Shown here piece after piece: positions 1-13,009 of a DNA stretch of 64,000 nt. The DNA lies in the NCBI GenBank assembly GCA_028534125.1, contig CM052818.1:9488001-9552000 (forward strand), written 5' to 3'. The notes beneath the pieces are model-generated. The model had not been told where the DNA came from. It did not search any database and saw nothing but the letters and a program-made list of their open reading frames with translations. How positions within the stretch are numbered: the first letter of the stretch is position 1; each line of letters starts with the position of its first letter. The stretch is from Lama glama. Lineage: Eukaryota. The position numbers were made by a program, and so were the translations under genes.

Positions 1-73
1 TTCATCTGGACATGAATTAACAACAGATTATGATGAAAAAGCACTTCATGAGCTTGGTTTTAAGGATATGCAG
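1..73 (+). CDS. USP34: USP34 exon w1 (5' part outside window): SSGHELTTDYDEKALHELGFKDMQ
   Basis: Open frame from base 2; donor CAG/gtacac, phase 0. Confidence 0.92.
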
Positions 74-287
74 GTACACGTAAATTGGTTTGAGTTTTGA
101 TCATCTATTGACTGTTATGCACAGTAGTTGAATAAATAGTCAAAGATATAGTTCAAGAACACTTCTTACTGCTTTTGTTGTATTTAAATTATAAGGAAAG
201 TCATTTTCTATTAGATTTATTAAACCAAAAACTTGATGTATCTAATTATGTGTTAATTTTTTTCCACTGTTGTTCCTATTTTTATAG

Positions 288-497
288 ATGGTATTTGTAT
301 CTTTGGGTGCACCAAGAAGAGAACGGAAAGGAGAAGGTGTTCAACTGCCAGCATCTTGCCTACCACCCCCACAGAAGGACAACATTCCGATGCTTTTGCT
401 TTTACAGGAACCTCATTTAACTACTCTTTTTGATTTATTAGAGATGCTTGCATCATTTAAACCACCCTCAGGAAAAGTGGCAGTTGAAGATAGTGAG
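288..497 (+). CDS. USP34: USP34 exon w2: MVFVSLGAPR...GKVAVEDSE
   Basis: tttatag/ATG ... GAG/gtgact; 210 nt, phase 0-0. Confidence 0.95.
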
Positions 498-594
498 GTG
501 ACTATATCATTTCATTTTCACAAAATCTTTTGTCTTTCTGTTGAGTAGAAAATAGTTTTCTTAGTAGTCTCTTCAAGGCAATAAAACCTAGTAA

Positions 595-1240
595 TCCATT
601 TATTCATTCATTAACTGTTTAAGTGCCTAATATCCAGGCATACAGTTTTAAGTATTATTTTATAAGGATCTAAATAGGCACAGTTTTAGCCTTCATTGAA
701 TCTAGTGGGGAAGACAGATAATGATACCCTTAACAGATAAAATAGTTCCAAGTAAACTAACAAATCACTAGTTTCCGATAGAGATAGCCGCTGTGACTGA
801 AGCATAAGGGACTGGTTATAGAGACCCATTTATATTGGTTAGGGCAGGTTTCTCAGAGGGATACCATACATAATTGGAGCCTGAAGGATAAAAGGAGCCT
901 ACTAAATGAAGAAAATGAGAAATGATCTGGATAGAGTAATCTGATTCCTGAAGCCCTTAATATAAGAAGGCAGGTCTGGGAATTGTTAGAGGGCTAGGAA
1001 ATAAGAGTGTGGAGGGTGGTGGGAGAGTGAAATGAGAGGAATGAGACTGAAGAGATAAGCAGAGCCAAACTGGCCATTACAAGCCATTTTCAGTTTACCC
1101 AAAGTGAAGTGGACAACACTAAAGTATTTTAAGCAGAGGGAGAGACATATGTTCAGATTTTTGTTTTAAAATGGTAAGTTTGTTTTGGCAAGAATTTAAA
1201 AAAGCAGTAAGGAACCTAACAATTAGTCCAAGGAAGAATA
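595..1240 (-). mobile_element. Degenerate L2 LINE 3' fragment (approximate ends)
   Basis: Starts with (CATT)n-type tail 'catttattcattcattaa...aagtgcc' followed by a purine-rich body typical of antisense L2. Confidence 0.55.
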
Positions 1241-1940
1241 CCATCTTTTTAGTGATCCCCACAAACTTACTTCTCCAGACCAAACCTCAATCCTTTGAGT
1301 TCCATACTTATATATCCAATTGCTTTCTTGATGCCTCTACTTGATGTCCCACAGGCATCTATTCTTCTTCATCACAAATGGAAACCACCCAGTTGCTCAA
1401 GCCAGAAATCTGTACACCGTCTGTTTTCCTTTCTAAACTAGAGCCTATCCTTTCTCCTAATCCAATCTGCCATCAAATTATGTTGTTTTGACCTGTTGTC
1501 CACTTATTTCCACTGCCACCATTCTGTTTGAGGCACCATCAACTCTTTCATGGAAGAATAATAATTTTGAGACTGAGTGGCAAAGAAACTAGTGGTGCTT
1601 TTATGGCTCTCCTATGTTAGGCGAACTGTTCTTTTCTTTTTCAAGAATGATAAGTGAATTTTTTCTGTGTTTCCAAAATGTGTTTGGTTGTGAATGCTGT
1701 TGTAGCTGCTGTTGGGTTGTCTGTTCCTCATAGCCTCATTTCTCTTGTGGTGGGAAGCTCTTAATTCTTAAGAAATGCATTTTTTTCATGCAGAATAATC
1801 AATAATAGATGACCATGAACCTCCATTTCCTCACCTTTTAAATTTTATGCTGTGAATATTTAATGACCTTTTACTTCATGTCAGCACTGTACTGTCAGTT
1901 TAAAAGAGAGAAAGGTAATTACAAGAATCCCAGTTTTCCA

Positions 1941-2030
1941 GGCAGAGGGTAATATAGCTCAGTGGTAGAGTACATGCTTAGTATGCATGAGGTCCTGGGT
2001 TCAATGCCCAGTACCTCCATTAAAAAAAAA
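1941..2030 (+). mobile_element. tRNA-derived SINE, camelid vic-1-like
   Basis: A box TAGCTCAGTGG, B-box-like GGTTCAATGCC, A tail; degenerate TSD aagaatcc..ttttcca on both sides. Confidence 0.85.
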
Positions 2031-2729
2031 GAATCCACTAATTTTCCAAGAGGATGTTAATGTTCTGTGCAGTGTATGTTAAGGGAACAAAGGGAGGAAA
2101 CAAATCTGGGGACAATTTCCTCAAAAGAGGAGTTGTTTAAATTGGGTCCAGCTTCTGTTAAAGAGGGAAGAGAGGCATTGCAGATTCAAGGAAAAGTGAA
2201 TGGCATAATTGAAAAACTGGGAGTGTGAGTATAGTGTAATTAAAATACAGGGTCTGAAAGGGAGATTGTAACCTATACCACAAAGGACCTTATGAGATTT
2301 TTATTCTTTGTAAAATGGATTGCCATTTTCATGGAATGTTTTAAAGCAACAAAATGAGATCTTTTCTGGACTTTTACAAATAAAGTTGAGGTGTTAGTGT
2401 GGGAGTTATACTGAGAAAACAAGGACTAGAGGTAGCAGGACCGGTTAATAGGCCATTGTATAATTGTCGTTGTGAGGCCTAAACCAGAGAGAAAGCATTC
2501 ATTTATTGGCAGATATTTTATTAGACTTTGTGACAAGAATGCTGCTGTTGATGTGAAGTTTCTGTGTTATTACAAGGCTGATTGAGTCTTGAAGAGGATT
2601 ACCAAAAAAGTAAAGGATCTTCGCTGGATATGACCCCTATTTTATAGTGCCTTTCAGTCATAGCACAGAACATAGTCATGTACACTTGGGAGGGTTTTTT
2701 CCCTTCAAACTGTTTTTTGCAGAGTTCAG

Positions 2730-2760
2730 TTTCTCTCTCTCTCTGCCTCTCTCTCTCTCA
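2730..2760 (+). repeat. Interrupted (CT)n microsatellite
   Basis: tctctctctctctgcctctctctctctca. Confidence 0.85.
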
Positions 2761-3758
2761 GCTGGGTATGTACAAAGGAATAATTCTATTTTACTGTAGA
2801 ACTCTCGGTGCCATGTCCCCAAATAAACTGGAAAGTTTACTTGAGTTGCTTCTTTCTTCATTATGGTTGTGAAAAGCAAAGTTGACCTTAACTCCTCCAG
2901 GTATATTCCCTTTCCTTCACAGTGTACCAGCTTTATACAATTATGCAAAAAGAACTAAATTACTTTTTGTAGATGTATAGAAGAATCCTTTGGCACCTCT
3001 TCGACCATATAATACCCCAAAATCATTATGACAGCAGCTAGTAGTACAATAATACTGTACAAATTCATACTCTGGAAAATTCCAAAAGTGTAAATTTTAG
3101 CTTTGGCTGCATGGTTACCTCATGGACTGCTTTAATTTTTTTAAAAAAGGAAAACTTGCCTATTTCTTACATACTTCCTGAAACATCTGTAGCTTACTAT
3201 TATGTCAGTACCATATAGAGTTCAAATTTAGCAAGTAATAATGAAAAAAAAGTAGGTTTTTTAAGATTATTTACTTTTCTCTTAATCCCTACTTGTCTGA
3301 CACTAGAATGTAAGATATGAATTAGCAAAATATGAGAAACAGGTGTACTCTTTTCCCAAATGTAACGTCAAGGATTTAATTAAGCATGTCTCTTGTTGTT
3401 CTTAGAATAGTGACTTGCAAAGAAGAAATAGATAGTTGTACTGAAATTTACTTGGATAACTTTATAAAACACATTTTCACTTCTGTTTGGAAAGTTTCCT
3501 GGTGAAGGTGGCCAGATCTGCAGGTCACTTTTATCCCTCAGAAAAGTGATCAATAACAAGTTGAAACACCACCACTTTGATGTAACTGTTAATTAATTGA
3601 ATAAATGTATTTACTATAAAAAAAAGTGGTTTATTCTCACTTTTAAAGTAAGATTAAAAATGTCAAATTTGATAATCAGTCATTTTATGCCAATTAAACT
3701 TGTTTAGATTTTTTTTTTACTGAACTGTCTTGATAAGCAGTTGTTCTTATTTGTGTAG

Positions 3759-3884
3759 AGCTTAAGATGTGAAGAACTTCATCTTCATGCAGAAAACCTC
3801 TCTAGGCGTGTATGGGAGCTACTGATGCTTCTTCCTACATGTCCTAACATGTTGATGGCATTCCAGAATATCTCAGATGAGCAG
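3759..3884 (+). CDS. USP34: USP34 exon w3: SLRCEELHLHAENLSRRVWELLMLLPTCPNMLMAFQNISDEQ
   Basis: gtgtag/AGC ... CAG/gtgagt; 126 nt. Confidence 0.95.
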
Positions 3885-5059
3885 GTGAGTTCACAATACT
3901 TTTTATTCTCCTGGAGGATGGTACCAGTTTGCATTGTATGAGATTGCTTGTGGACCTGTAGCCTCAGTAATTTTGCTCTTAAATAGGTAAAAAGTGCCAG
4001 TTCATGTTAATGTTGATGTATTTAATTATTAGTGAAGTTGACTAATATGGGTTAAATATAAGGCAAAGTTTTTTTTTAATTATCTTAAGAAAATAACAAA
4101 TTTACCTGTATATCAGGTTTTTTTTATATTACTTCATGTTCTGAGTGTTGCTTTGTTTTCAACAACAGAAAGTAACATTTAGAGAAAATATACTATAGTT
4201 TAATGTCTCAATGCTTGTTTTAGATGCTTGTACAAGTCAACTGATAGAGTTAGGGGAAAAATTAGACATTCTAGGCAAAGAAATTTAATGTATATATATT
4301 AGTCAGTTTTCCCATAAAGGCATGATCTCATGTTACTGTTAGATATCTTTGTAAAGACATCTGTTAAAATCAAAGATTATTTTTTAAAGTTGTATAATAA
4401 GGAATTACTTTGTGGAGATACCATTAGAACACCTGTAGGACGAATGGAAAAACAATACCCTAATGTTATGCTAATAATTACCTGTAATTTGGAATGTTGT
4501 TATGTGATTTCAAAAGGTCCTATGTCTCAGATGACTTACAAGTGAAGAAGATGGGCCTGGAAAATGGTGGTTGATGATTCAGTGCAGCTCTAATAATAAT
4601 ATTGTCAAGGATGCACATTAAGTGTAAATAACGCTTTCATAAATCGAGAGTAGAAAAGAACAATATTTTTAAGTTTATGTATTTGCATATATGACTTTTG
4701 AATGGGTAGGTGTCACTTACAGATATTAAACATAGACTGTACTACTTCCATATCCTCAAAGTTCATGCATTCAACTAGGCTGCATTGTTTTTTTTTCATT
4801 GAAAAGATGATGAATTACCTCAACTGTTGTGGAGATTAACAGCTATAATTTTTCTCCTGTGCTGCTGTTTATTAATTTTTTTAAATGTAATGAATAATTG
4901 GTGTTTTAAGCATATAATTTAGTACCAATTGTATAATTGGTGATCAGTTGTTTGAATATATTTCAATATATATGTAGTGTCGGTTTAAAAGTTTTCTGAG
5001 GGGTGGTTCTCTTAGCAAGTTGGCTTCAGAAACCTATGTCTTTCTTTTTTTAATTTAAG

Positions 5060-5182
5060 AGTAATGATGGACTTAATTGGAAGGAACTGCTCAAAATTAA
5101 GAGTGCTCATAAGCTATTATATGCCCTGGAAATTATTGAAGCTCTGGGGAAACCTAACAGAAGAATAAGGAGAGAGTCGACG
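5060..5182 (+). CDS. USP34: USP34 exon w4: SNDGLNWKELLKIKSAHKLLYALEIIEALGKPNRRIRREST
   Basis: tttaag/AGT ... ACG/gtaata; 123 nt. Confidence 0.93.
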
Positions 5183-5308
5183 GTAATAGCATTTCCATTA
5201 TTATCATTAGATATCTGTATTCTCTCTGGAGCAAAATTCCAGAGTATGTTTTCTTTTAATTCTCCTGCCACCCTCCCTTATTTTATTATTTTTTACTGTT
5301 TCTCACAG

Positions 5309-5392
5309 GGAAGTTACAGTGATCTTTATCCAGATTCTGATGATTCAAGTGAGGATCAAGTGGAAAATAGTAAAAATTCCTGGAGTTGCAAG
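5309..5392 (+). CDS. USP34: USP34 exon w5: GSYSDLYPDSDDSSEDQVENSKNSWSCK
   Basis: tcacag/GGA ... AAG/gtttga; 84 nt. Confidence 0.94.
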
Positions 5393-5885
5393 GTTTGATC
5401 ATATGTGTTGGCAGTATATTGGTAAAAATAATTTATCTCTATAATTTTCCAAACGTAGGTACCATAATTATTGTTTTAAATTAACTTACCATTTAAATAA
5501 AACATAGTTTAAAAATTACGCATTACCCTCATCACAGTAATGAACTGAGATTATTTAGTGCCTTTGTACTCCTATTTTTAGCACTTTTTGTTTTTTCTTT
5601 CATTGGAATACTGTGTTAAAACCTCTCAGTGTCTGGGATTAAATGGTTAATGGAATATAAAGATATGTATATAGATTTTTGCAAGAATCTTTTTAAAATT
5701 CTCGAAAGTAGGCTATTACTGTAGAGAAGTTATATTGGTTTTTTAAATCAAAAATTTCCTAAATGAAAGATATATAATACTTTACTTACATATACACACA
5801 CATCCAGTTACTGAATCGAAAAGCAGGTCTTCACTACATTATGTAGCTGCTTTCCTCTTACCATTACTCTCACAATTGTTTACAG

Positions 5886-5972
5886 TTTGTTGCTGCTGGA
5901 GGGCTTCAACAGTTACTAGAAATTTTTAATTCTGGAATTCTAGAGCCAAAAGAGCAGGAATCCTGGACTGTG
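5886..5972 (+). CDS. USP34: USP34 exon w6: FVAAGGLQQLLEIFNSGILEPKEQESWTV
   Basis: ttacag/TTT ... GTG/gtaagt; 87 nt. Confidence 0.95.
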
Positions 5973-6899
5973 GTAAGTGAAAACTGACATTTTCTACTAG
6001 TTACAATTAGTAGCCCAACAAGCCACTTTCATTTCCCATTAGCAAGTGTAACTTTTGTTGCAAACTTTATTGTAGTAAAGGAGAATATGGAATACAGCAG
6101 AAATAAGTTTAAGGAAAAATAGGGAGTCTGATAAACTAAATATACAATAAGAGTTCTCCATGTCAACTTTGTTAAAAAGTTTTTTGAGTGCTAATATTAA
6201 TGACTCTAAATTATAGGTAATTCAAAAACATTTTTTCTTTAGGTTATAAGTTATATATTAATATTTACATAGTCTTAAAGCTTGAATACTTTGAAAGAAA
6301 AATTGTTTTATGTCTTCAATTTTTTGAAAATGTCCTTTTTTGAGGGGTTTCATTTTGTTTTGACCATTTCTTCCTTGATAGCAATACTAAAAAATGTGTT
6401 TCCAGATCATTTGTGACTGGTCTGCAATGAAATAGATACAGAACTTGAGAGTAAGCCTTCAAAAATTTTTATAGCAATTGGATAATATTGAATAGTAATT
6501 TTTAATAGCATTTTGCAAAATTCTGATCCTCAACAAAATGGAAGTTTTTAAAAATGGTACTTTGTTAACTTGAAGAAGCACTGTCTATAATATTAGGAAT
6601 ATTAAATTGCTTGTGGAATATTTGAAAATTCTTAGTGCTGGACCAAACTGCACAATCCAGTTTTGTATTAAATGGAAAAGATGCTCATGTCCTGACCTCC
6701 AGCAAAACAGAGTAGCATTATCAAACATTCCATTCAAATATTAATTTCTTAGTACTTACTTTTTAGTTATTTTAGAACCTAGGAGTCAGGTGTTTGTGAT
6801 TTTTCAGATGCTGCTACATCCAAAAGATTAATGGGAGAAAATACATTTAAAAAACATTGCTATCTACCAAGATTTTGTTGGTTTCAGTACTTTTTTCCA

Positions 6900-8990
6900 T
6901 TTTTGTTTTACATATTTTGCTATTCATTTTGAGTTAACTTTTGAATCTGGTGTTAGGTAAGGGTCTAACTTGATTCTTTTGCATATGCATATCCAGGTTG
7001 CCCAGAACCTTTTCTTGAAAATATTATATCCTGCAGTGAATGGTTTTGGCACCCTTGTCAAAAATTATTTGACCGTATATGTGAGGGTTTATTTTGGGGC
7101 TCTCTATTCCATTCCTTTGAACTTTTTATCTTTATGCCGCTCTGTATTGATTACTGCAGCTTTGTGCTGTAAGTTTTGAAATCAAAACATGTGAGTCCTC
7201 CAGTTCTTTTCTTTCAAGATTTCTTGTCTATTCAGAGTCCGTTGAGATTCCTTATGAATTTTAAGATGGGTTTTTCTCTTTCTGCAAAAAACATGATTAA
7301 AATTTTACTTAGGGATGGCATTGAATCTTTGGATCACTTTGGGTAGTATTGATATTTTAATAAGTCTTCGAATCCGTGAACATGTGTTGTGTTTACATTT
7401 ATTTTTGTCTTTAATTTCTTTGAGCAGTGTTTTGTAGCTTTCATTGTAGAAGCCTTTCAACTCCTTGGTTAGGTTTATTCCTAAATATTTTATTCTTTTT
7501 GATGCTATTGTAAAGGAAATTGTTTTTGTAATCTCTCTTTTATATTGCTCATTGCTTGTATAGAGAAATGCAACTGAATTATGTATGGTGACTTTGTATC
7601 CTTTTACTTTGCTGAATTCATTTACTAGTTTTAAGAGTCTTTGTATGGAGTCTTCAGGGTTTTCTACTTCAGTAACAGGTAATTTTGCTTCTCCCTTCCA
7701 GTTTAGATGTCTTTTATTTTTCTTGTCTAATTAGTCAGGCCCAAACTTCCAGTACTGTGTTGAATAGAAGTGGTGAAAGCAGGTGTCCTTGCCTTGTTCC
7801 TGATCTTCAAGGAAAAACTCACTTTCACCACTGAGTATGGTTTTCACTATGGGTTTTTCGTATATGGCTTTTATTATGTTGAGGTAGTTTCCTTCTGTTT
7901 CTATCTTGTTGAGTGTTTTTATCATGAAAAGGTATTGACTTTTGTTAGATGCATTTTCTGCGTTAGTTGAGATGATGTCTTTTCCTTCATTTTGTTGATA
8001 TGCAGTATTACATTGATCATTTCTTACTTGTTGGACTATCCTTGCATTACAAGAATCCCGATTGGTGATGGTGTGTAGAACTTTTAATATGTTACTTAAT
8101 TCTGTTTGCAACTATTTTGTTGAGGATTTTTGCATCAATGTTCATGAGGGATATTAGTCTGTACTTTTCTTGTAGTATGTTTTATCTGGCTTTGGTATCA
8201 GACTTATGCTGGCTTCATCAAATGAGTTAGGAAGTTTCCCCCTTCAATTTTTTTGGAAAAGTTTTTTTGGAAATGTTCATGAGGGATATTAGTCTGTACT
8301 TTTCTTGTAGTATGTTTTATCTGGCTTTGGTATCAGACTTATGCTGGCTTCATCAAATGAGTTAGGAAGTTTCCCCCTTCAATTTTTTTGGAAAAGTTTG
8401 AGGATTGTTCGTATTCTTTAAATGTTTAGTATAATTTACTAGTGAAGCTGTCAGGTCCAAGACATTTCTTTGTTGAGAGATTTTTGATTACTGATTCAAT
8501 CTTACTAGTTACAGGGCTATTCAGATTTTCTATTTCTTTATGATTGAGTCTTGATGAGTTTTGTGTTTCTAGGAATTTGTCCATTTCAAGTAGGTTGTCC
8601 AGTTTTTTGGCATACAAGGATTGTTCATAGTACTCTTAACAATCCTTTTTATTTCTGCAGAATTAAACATTTTTCCACTTTCTTTTCTGATTTTAGTAAT
8701 TACTTTTGTTTTTTCTTAGTTCTTCTAGCTAAAGGTTTGTCATTTTTGTTGTTCTGTTCAAAGAACCAGCTTTTGTTTTCACTGATTTTCTCTAGGTTTT
8801 TATATTCACTGTTTATCTCTGCTCTTATCTTTATTATTTCCTTCTTTCTTCTAGCTTGGGTTTAGTTTGTCTTTCTTTTTCTAGTTCCTTAAGCGTGAGT
8901 TAGGCTGTTGATTTGAGATCTTGGTTTGTTTGTTTTTTTTTTAATGTGAACATTTTTAGTAATCAGTATCCCCATTAGCACTTCTTTAGT
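6900..8990 (-). mobile_element. Decayed L1 ORF2 fragment (pre-RT to RT region)
   Basis: Minus-strand ORFs with L1 ORF2 remnants (YAKKLDNLLEMDKFLE..., [34 protein letters not shown]), broken by stops and frameshifts. Confidence 0.92.
8137..8399. repeat. Perfect 128-bp direct duplication (8137-8264 = 8272-8399) with a 7-bp spacer
   Basis: Base-by-base comparison shows no difference between the copies. Confidence 0.93.
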
Positions 8991-8999
8991 GACATGTCT

Positions 9000-9455
9000 G
9001 TTCATATTTGGGGTTTTTGTTTTGCTTTGATTAAGGTTTGTTTTTTTCTTAGTAAAGAGTTATAAGACTTTTTTTCTTTATTCAATTTGGACAAGTTTTT
9101 TGTCAGATATAGGTAGTAGGAATATTTGCATTCAGTCTTTGGCTTACTTTTTCTTTACATTGACAATGTTTTAAGTAGGAAGTTTTTAATTTTAATAAAA
9201 TTTGTATCCTAATTAAGGAATCTTTGTTGCAAGTTCACAGAGATTTTCTCCTGTGTTTTCTTCTGTAAGTTTCATAGTTATCTTTTACATTTAGGTCTGT
9301 GATACATTTTGAGTTAACTGTTGTATATGTAGAGTGAATTTGAGGTTTTATTTATTTTTTCCATATGGCTGTTCAGTTTTTCTAGCACCATTTGTTGAAA
9401 AAAGTGTTCTTTTCTCACTGAAATTTCTTGGTACCTTTCTTGAAAATCAGTTATA
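9000..9455 (-). mobile_element. Second, older L1 ORF2 3' fragment
   Basis: 'tttaggtctgtgatacattttgagttaac...ccatttgttgaaaa' is a standard antisense L1M motif and repeats the consensus region seen at ~6925. Confidence 0.7.
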
Positions 9456-10198
9456 TAGTATTGTTTTCTGGTATATTAGTATAGCCATGCTATTTAGCAG
9501 TGATATTAGGTAAAGAGGAGAACAAGGACCATTGAAGAGAAATCTTCTGAAATCCTCATATATAAGTGACATTCTTATTAATTTATTTAAAGGAATCATT
9601 TAATTTTTAAATCTTTAAGGTAGAGCTTTAAATCAGGTAGAAATTTTACTTTTCATGCTATATAATATTTTACCAACAAAATACTTGTTTTATTTTAAAT
9701 ATATATATGTAAAGTGCAAATTTTTCAGTTGAGTTACTTTCTAGAATTATTGAGAATTTCCTTCACTCTCAAATATTAGAGTATATACCATTTATGTGGA
9801 AAGAAAATTTCCAATACTTTTGCCATCAGTTCTTTTATTTTGTAGGTAAATGTTACCTTCATTAGCATTTTAATAATTTTTTTAAGTTTTGTTACATTCT
9901 GAACAGTATATTTTTTAAAATCCTGTATATTGCTATTATATACCTTTGTATGAAATTTTCATGATAGAAATGCAAGTGTCATTTCCATTTCATTAAATAC
10001 ACATTCTAGTGTCTAATGTCTTTTTTTACTTTTATAAGATTGAATTGTTACTAGCCATAATACATGAGCAGCAAAATTTCTCTACCATATGGATTAAGTA
10101 CTAGCTATAATAATTTTTATTTTCTATCCTTTAGTTTCAAGTTGTATAGTGACCACATTAATGAAAATAGGAAAATGACATTTTCTTCTTATCCACAG

Positions 10199-10399
10199 TG
10201 GCAGCTAGACTGTCTTGCTTGCTTGCTGAAGTTAATATGCCAGTTTGCAGTAGATCCATCTGATTTGGATTTAGCTTATCATGATGTCTTTGCCTGGTCT
10301 GGTATAGCAGAAAGCCATAGGAAAAGAACCTGGCCTGGCAAATCAAGAAAAGCTGCTGGTGATCATGCCAAGGGTCTTCATATACCGAGATTAACAGAG
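10199..10399 (+). CDS. USP34: USP34 exon w7: WQLDCLACLLKLICQFAVDP...GLHIPRLTE
   Basis: ccacag/TGG ... GAG/gtaaag; 201 nt. Confidence 0.95.
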
Positions 10400-10435
10400 G
10401 TAAAGTACAAAAGTTGCCATTAAATTGTAGTAATA

Positions 10436-10609
10436 AATAAACAAGGACATACTGTATAGCACAGGGAACTATATTCAATTTCTTGTAATGAGCTGTAATG
10501 GAAAAGAATCTGAAAATATGTATGTATACGTTTAACTGAACCACTTTGCTGTATACCTGATACTAACGTAAACTGACTAACACTTCAATAAAAAATAAGA
10601 ATTAAAAAG
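10436..10609 (+). mobile_element. 5'-truncated L1 3' end (cetartiodactyl type) with A-rich tail and 13-bp TSD
   Basis: 'actgtatagcacagggaactatattcaa...ctttgctgtatacctga'; TSD aattgtagtaata at 10423-10435 and 10610-10622. Confidence 0.88.
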
Positions 10610-10887
10610 AATTGTAGTAATAGGTTCTATTTATGTTTTGAAAGATCTTATATATTTTTGTTTTTACGAAGTGAATACACTAATGTATACAAAATACTAC
10701 CCTAAATTACAATATGACTTAATAGCTGAAGTGGTGCCTTCATTTTAAAGCAGTAGAAGTTATGAGGCAATAATGCTTTTCAGTTCATCATCTAAAATGC
10801 AGGAATGAATAATATATATGCCATTTAAATGTTACCTAACTGTAGAATTCAGTTCCTTAGTCATTCTCAGTAATTTTTATACTGAGT

Positions 10888-11354
10888 ATATCAGGGTCCA
10901 TTCAGGAAAACACTAGGTATTTTAACAGAGTAGATCTAAAATAGAGAACTGGTTTTACACATATGTGTTGGAGGGCTAAAGATAAAGGGAATGTTGAGGT
11001 AATCCAGACAAGTAACCATCCACCACCCCTAGGGTTTGAGGAATATATGGAAAATTAGGGTTATCAGAAATGAAAAGATTATAGGAGGGATCCTGTTGAA
11101 CTAGAGTTTAGGCCTCTGAGGAAGTGGTTCTGTTACTGCTGAAATCAGTTGCTTCTTCTGGGTAAAATACTTCAGAAACAGTGCTAATAGAAAAAGCAAG
11201 AAAGTAATCTCACTAGTATCCCAGGTTGACAAACCTGAATAGGAAGCCAGCTGGCAGAGAAGTTTAGTTTATAATGTACAAGTCGTAGTGCCACAGAGTA
11301 AGTACATACATAATATGGTAGATTTAGAGCTGAAGATGGTACAATAACCAGCAC
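10888..11354. mobile_element. Old ERVL-type solo LTR (LTR33/LTR16-like; approximate)
   Basis: 'tatatcagggtccattcaggaaaacactaggtattttaacagag' resembles the recalled end motif; ends ...accagcaca. Confidence 0.5.
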
Positions 11355-12829
11355 ATCTAACAATAAAATGAAAATTCTTTTTGACTGTAAATTCTGTTGT
11401 TCATGTGATCAAATGTTTGCTCTTCAGTGTCATCACTGAACTAGAATGTGGGGAGGAATGAAGATGAGTTTTTACTGAAATCTCTTCCTCATTTTGTAAC
11501 CTTTTGAGAATGGCGCCTCACCTCATACTTACCCAAGAAATACCAGAGTAATGAGCTGTTACTAATAAAGAAATAGAATACATATACCCATATATGGAAT
11601 TTTTAAATAATTGGCTAATTCTTAAAAAATTTGTTCAAGTGCATACTTATTGAAAGTAATTGAGAATATATAAGTGAACCTTTCCCGAAGTCACAGGTCA
11701 CTACCATTAATAATAGCTTTATATGTTATTTTATTATGTGCTCATTTTTCTGTGCATATGCTAATGTTAGATTTTTATAGTTTAGAAAAGGAGCATACTA
11801 TACTTTTTTCATTTATTTATCATAATATTTAGAGTTTAGTATGTGAATCTAGGCTATTAGGGGGAAAATTTTTGCAACCCTAATTCTGGAGACGAAGTAG
11901 TTCTGTAGTAGGGAAGAACACTTTTTTTTTTAAATAATTTACTGTCATGCATTATTTCGTTGATTCTCCTTTAGTACCCTTTTAGAAGGTTCAAATTCCA
12001 AATTGGACTTTTAGATTCTAGCCTAAATATATAGCTTTTCTTGTAGCTATCCCAGTTTTGCCAGGGACAGGTTTAGTTGCTGCTCCCTTCTGTTGCTCAT
12101 TGGGCACATTGCGTATACTTGTGTTACCGTGTTTTCTATGTTATCTGCTACACTGGACTAACATTTCCAAGATGGGAACAGGGCTTTTATAAAGTCACTG
12201 CTCAGAATGGGTTCCAATTTGCATAAGGGATTTAATAATTCTTTATTAAATTAGCGGTTTTTTTCCTACTATACAATTGAAGAACTAGACTAGAAATTAA
12301 GTATTTATTAGAGTCATGCAGCTTGAAAGCTAGCAAGCTGAATGTTGAACCTCAAGATTTTTCATCTAGAATCCATGCTCTGTATCTATGGTATATTGTA
12401 TTGCTTTTCTATATTTGTTTCAGGATGGTTAAGGAATCTGCCAGTGCTTGACTTTTTTTATTCTTATTTCAAAAGTGAAAAATATTACTTCACCTAGTGC
12501 CCAGAAAGACCACTGACATGTGTAATATATAATATTTTATAACACTATTGGGTAACGTGCAGAGAATCTGTGGATCAAATATGAAGAGAGGATTTGTCTG
12601 TGTATTTCTAAATTTCCAATATTTTCTTATTAAAGTTGCTATATTTAAGTTGGATTATAAATCTGATTTTTTGATATTTGATATTTTTACTGTATTTCCA
12701 ATAACCATTCTTAGGATATTCCTTATCTTTTTATAAATAAAAATCAAAGTAATTTGGAATCTTTGGTTGAAAATGCATTTTTGTGTTTTAGTGTATTTAT
12801 AGATTTTGTTAAATGTTTTTGTTTTAAAG

Positions 12830-12912
12830 GTATTTCTTGTTCTTGTCCAAGGAACCAGTTTGATTCAGCGACTTATGTCTGTTGCTTATACGTATGATAA
12901 TCTGGCTCCTAG
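12830..12912 (+). CDS. USP34: USP34 exon w8: VFLVLVQGTSLIQRLMSVAYTYDNLAP(R)
   Basis: ttaaag/GTA ... AG/gtatga; 83 nt, phase 0-2. Confidence 0.93.
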
Positions 12913-13009
12913 GTATGAAGTTTCTACATAATTTATGTATATATCTATTTATAGTAAGGATATAGTGTTTTAAAACTTCAATTTGAAAAAATTTAAAAAC
13001 AAAAATTGT

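Noticed and set aside
1941..2030. tRNA gene (also at 20431, 24753, 41094, 44282)
   Set aside because: A and B boxes are present, but the copies have A tails, TSDs and divergent stems, so they are SINEs.
2712..2772. Microexon using the (CT)n tract (cag/CTGG/gtatgt)
   Set aside because: A 4-nt exon (or 43 nt from the upstream AG) with no frame logic; easily explained by the microsatellite.
9826..9852. AG|GTAAAT recursive-type motif
   Set aside because: The donor is weak, the sequence is extremely AT-rich, and there is no partner site.
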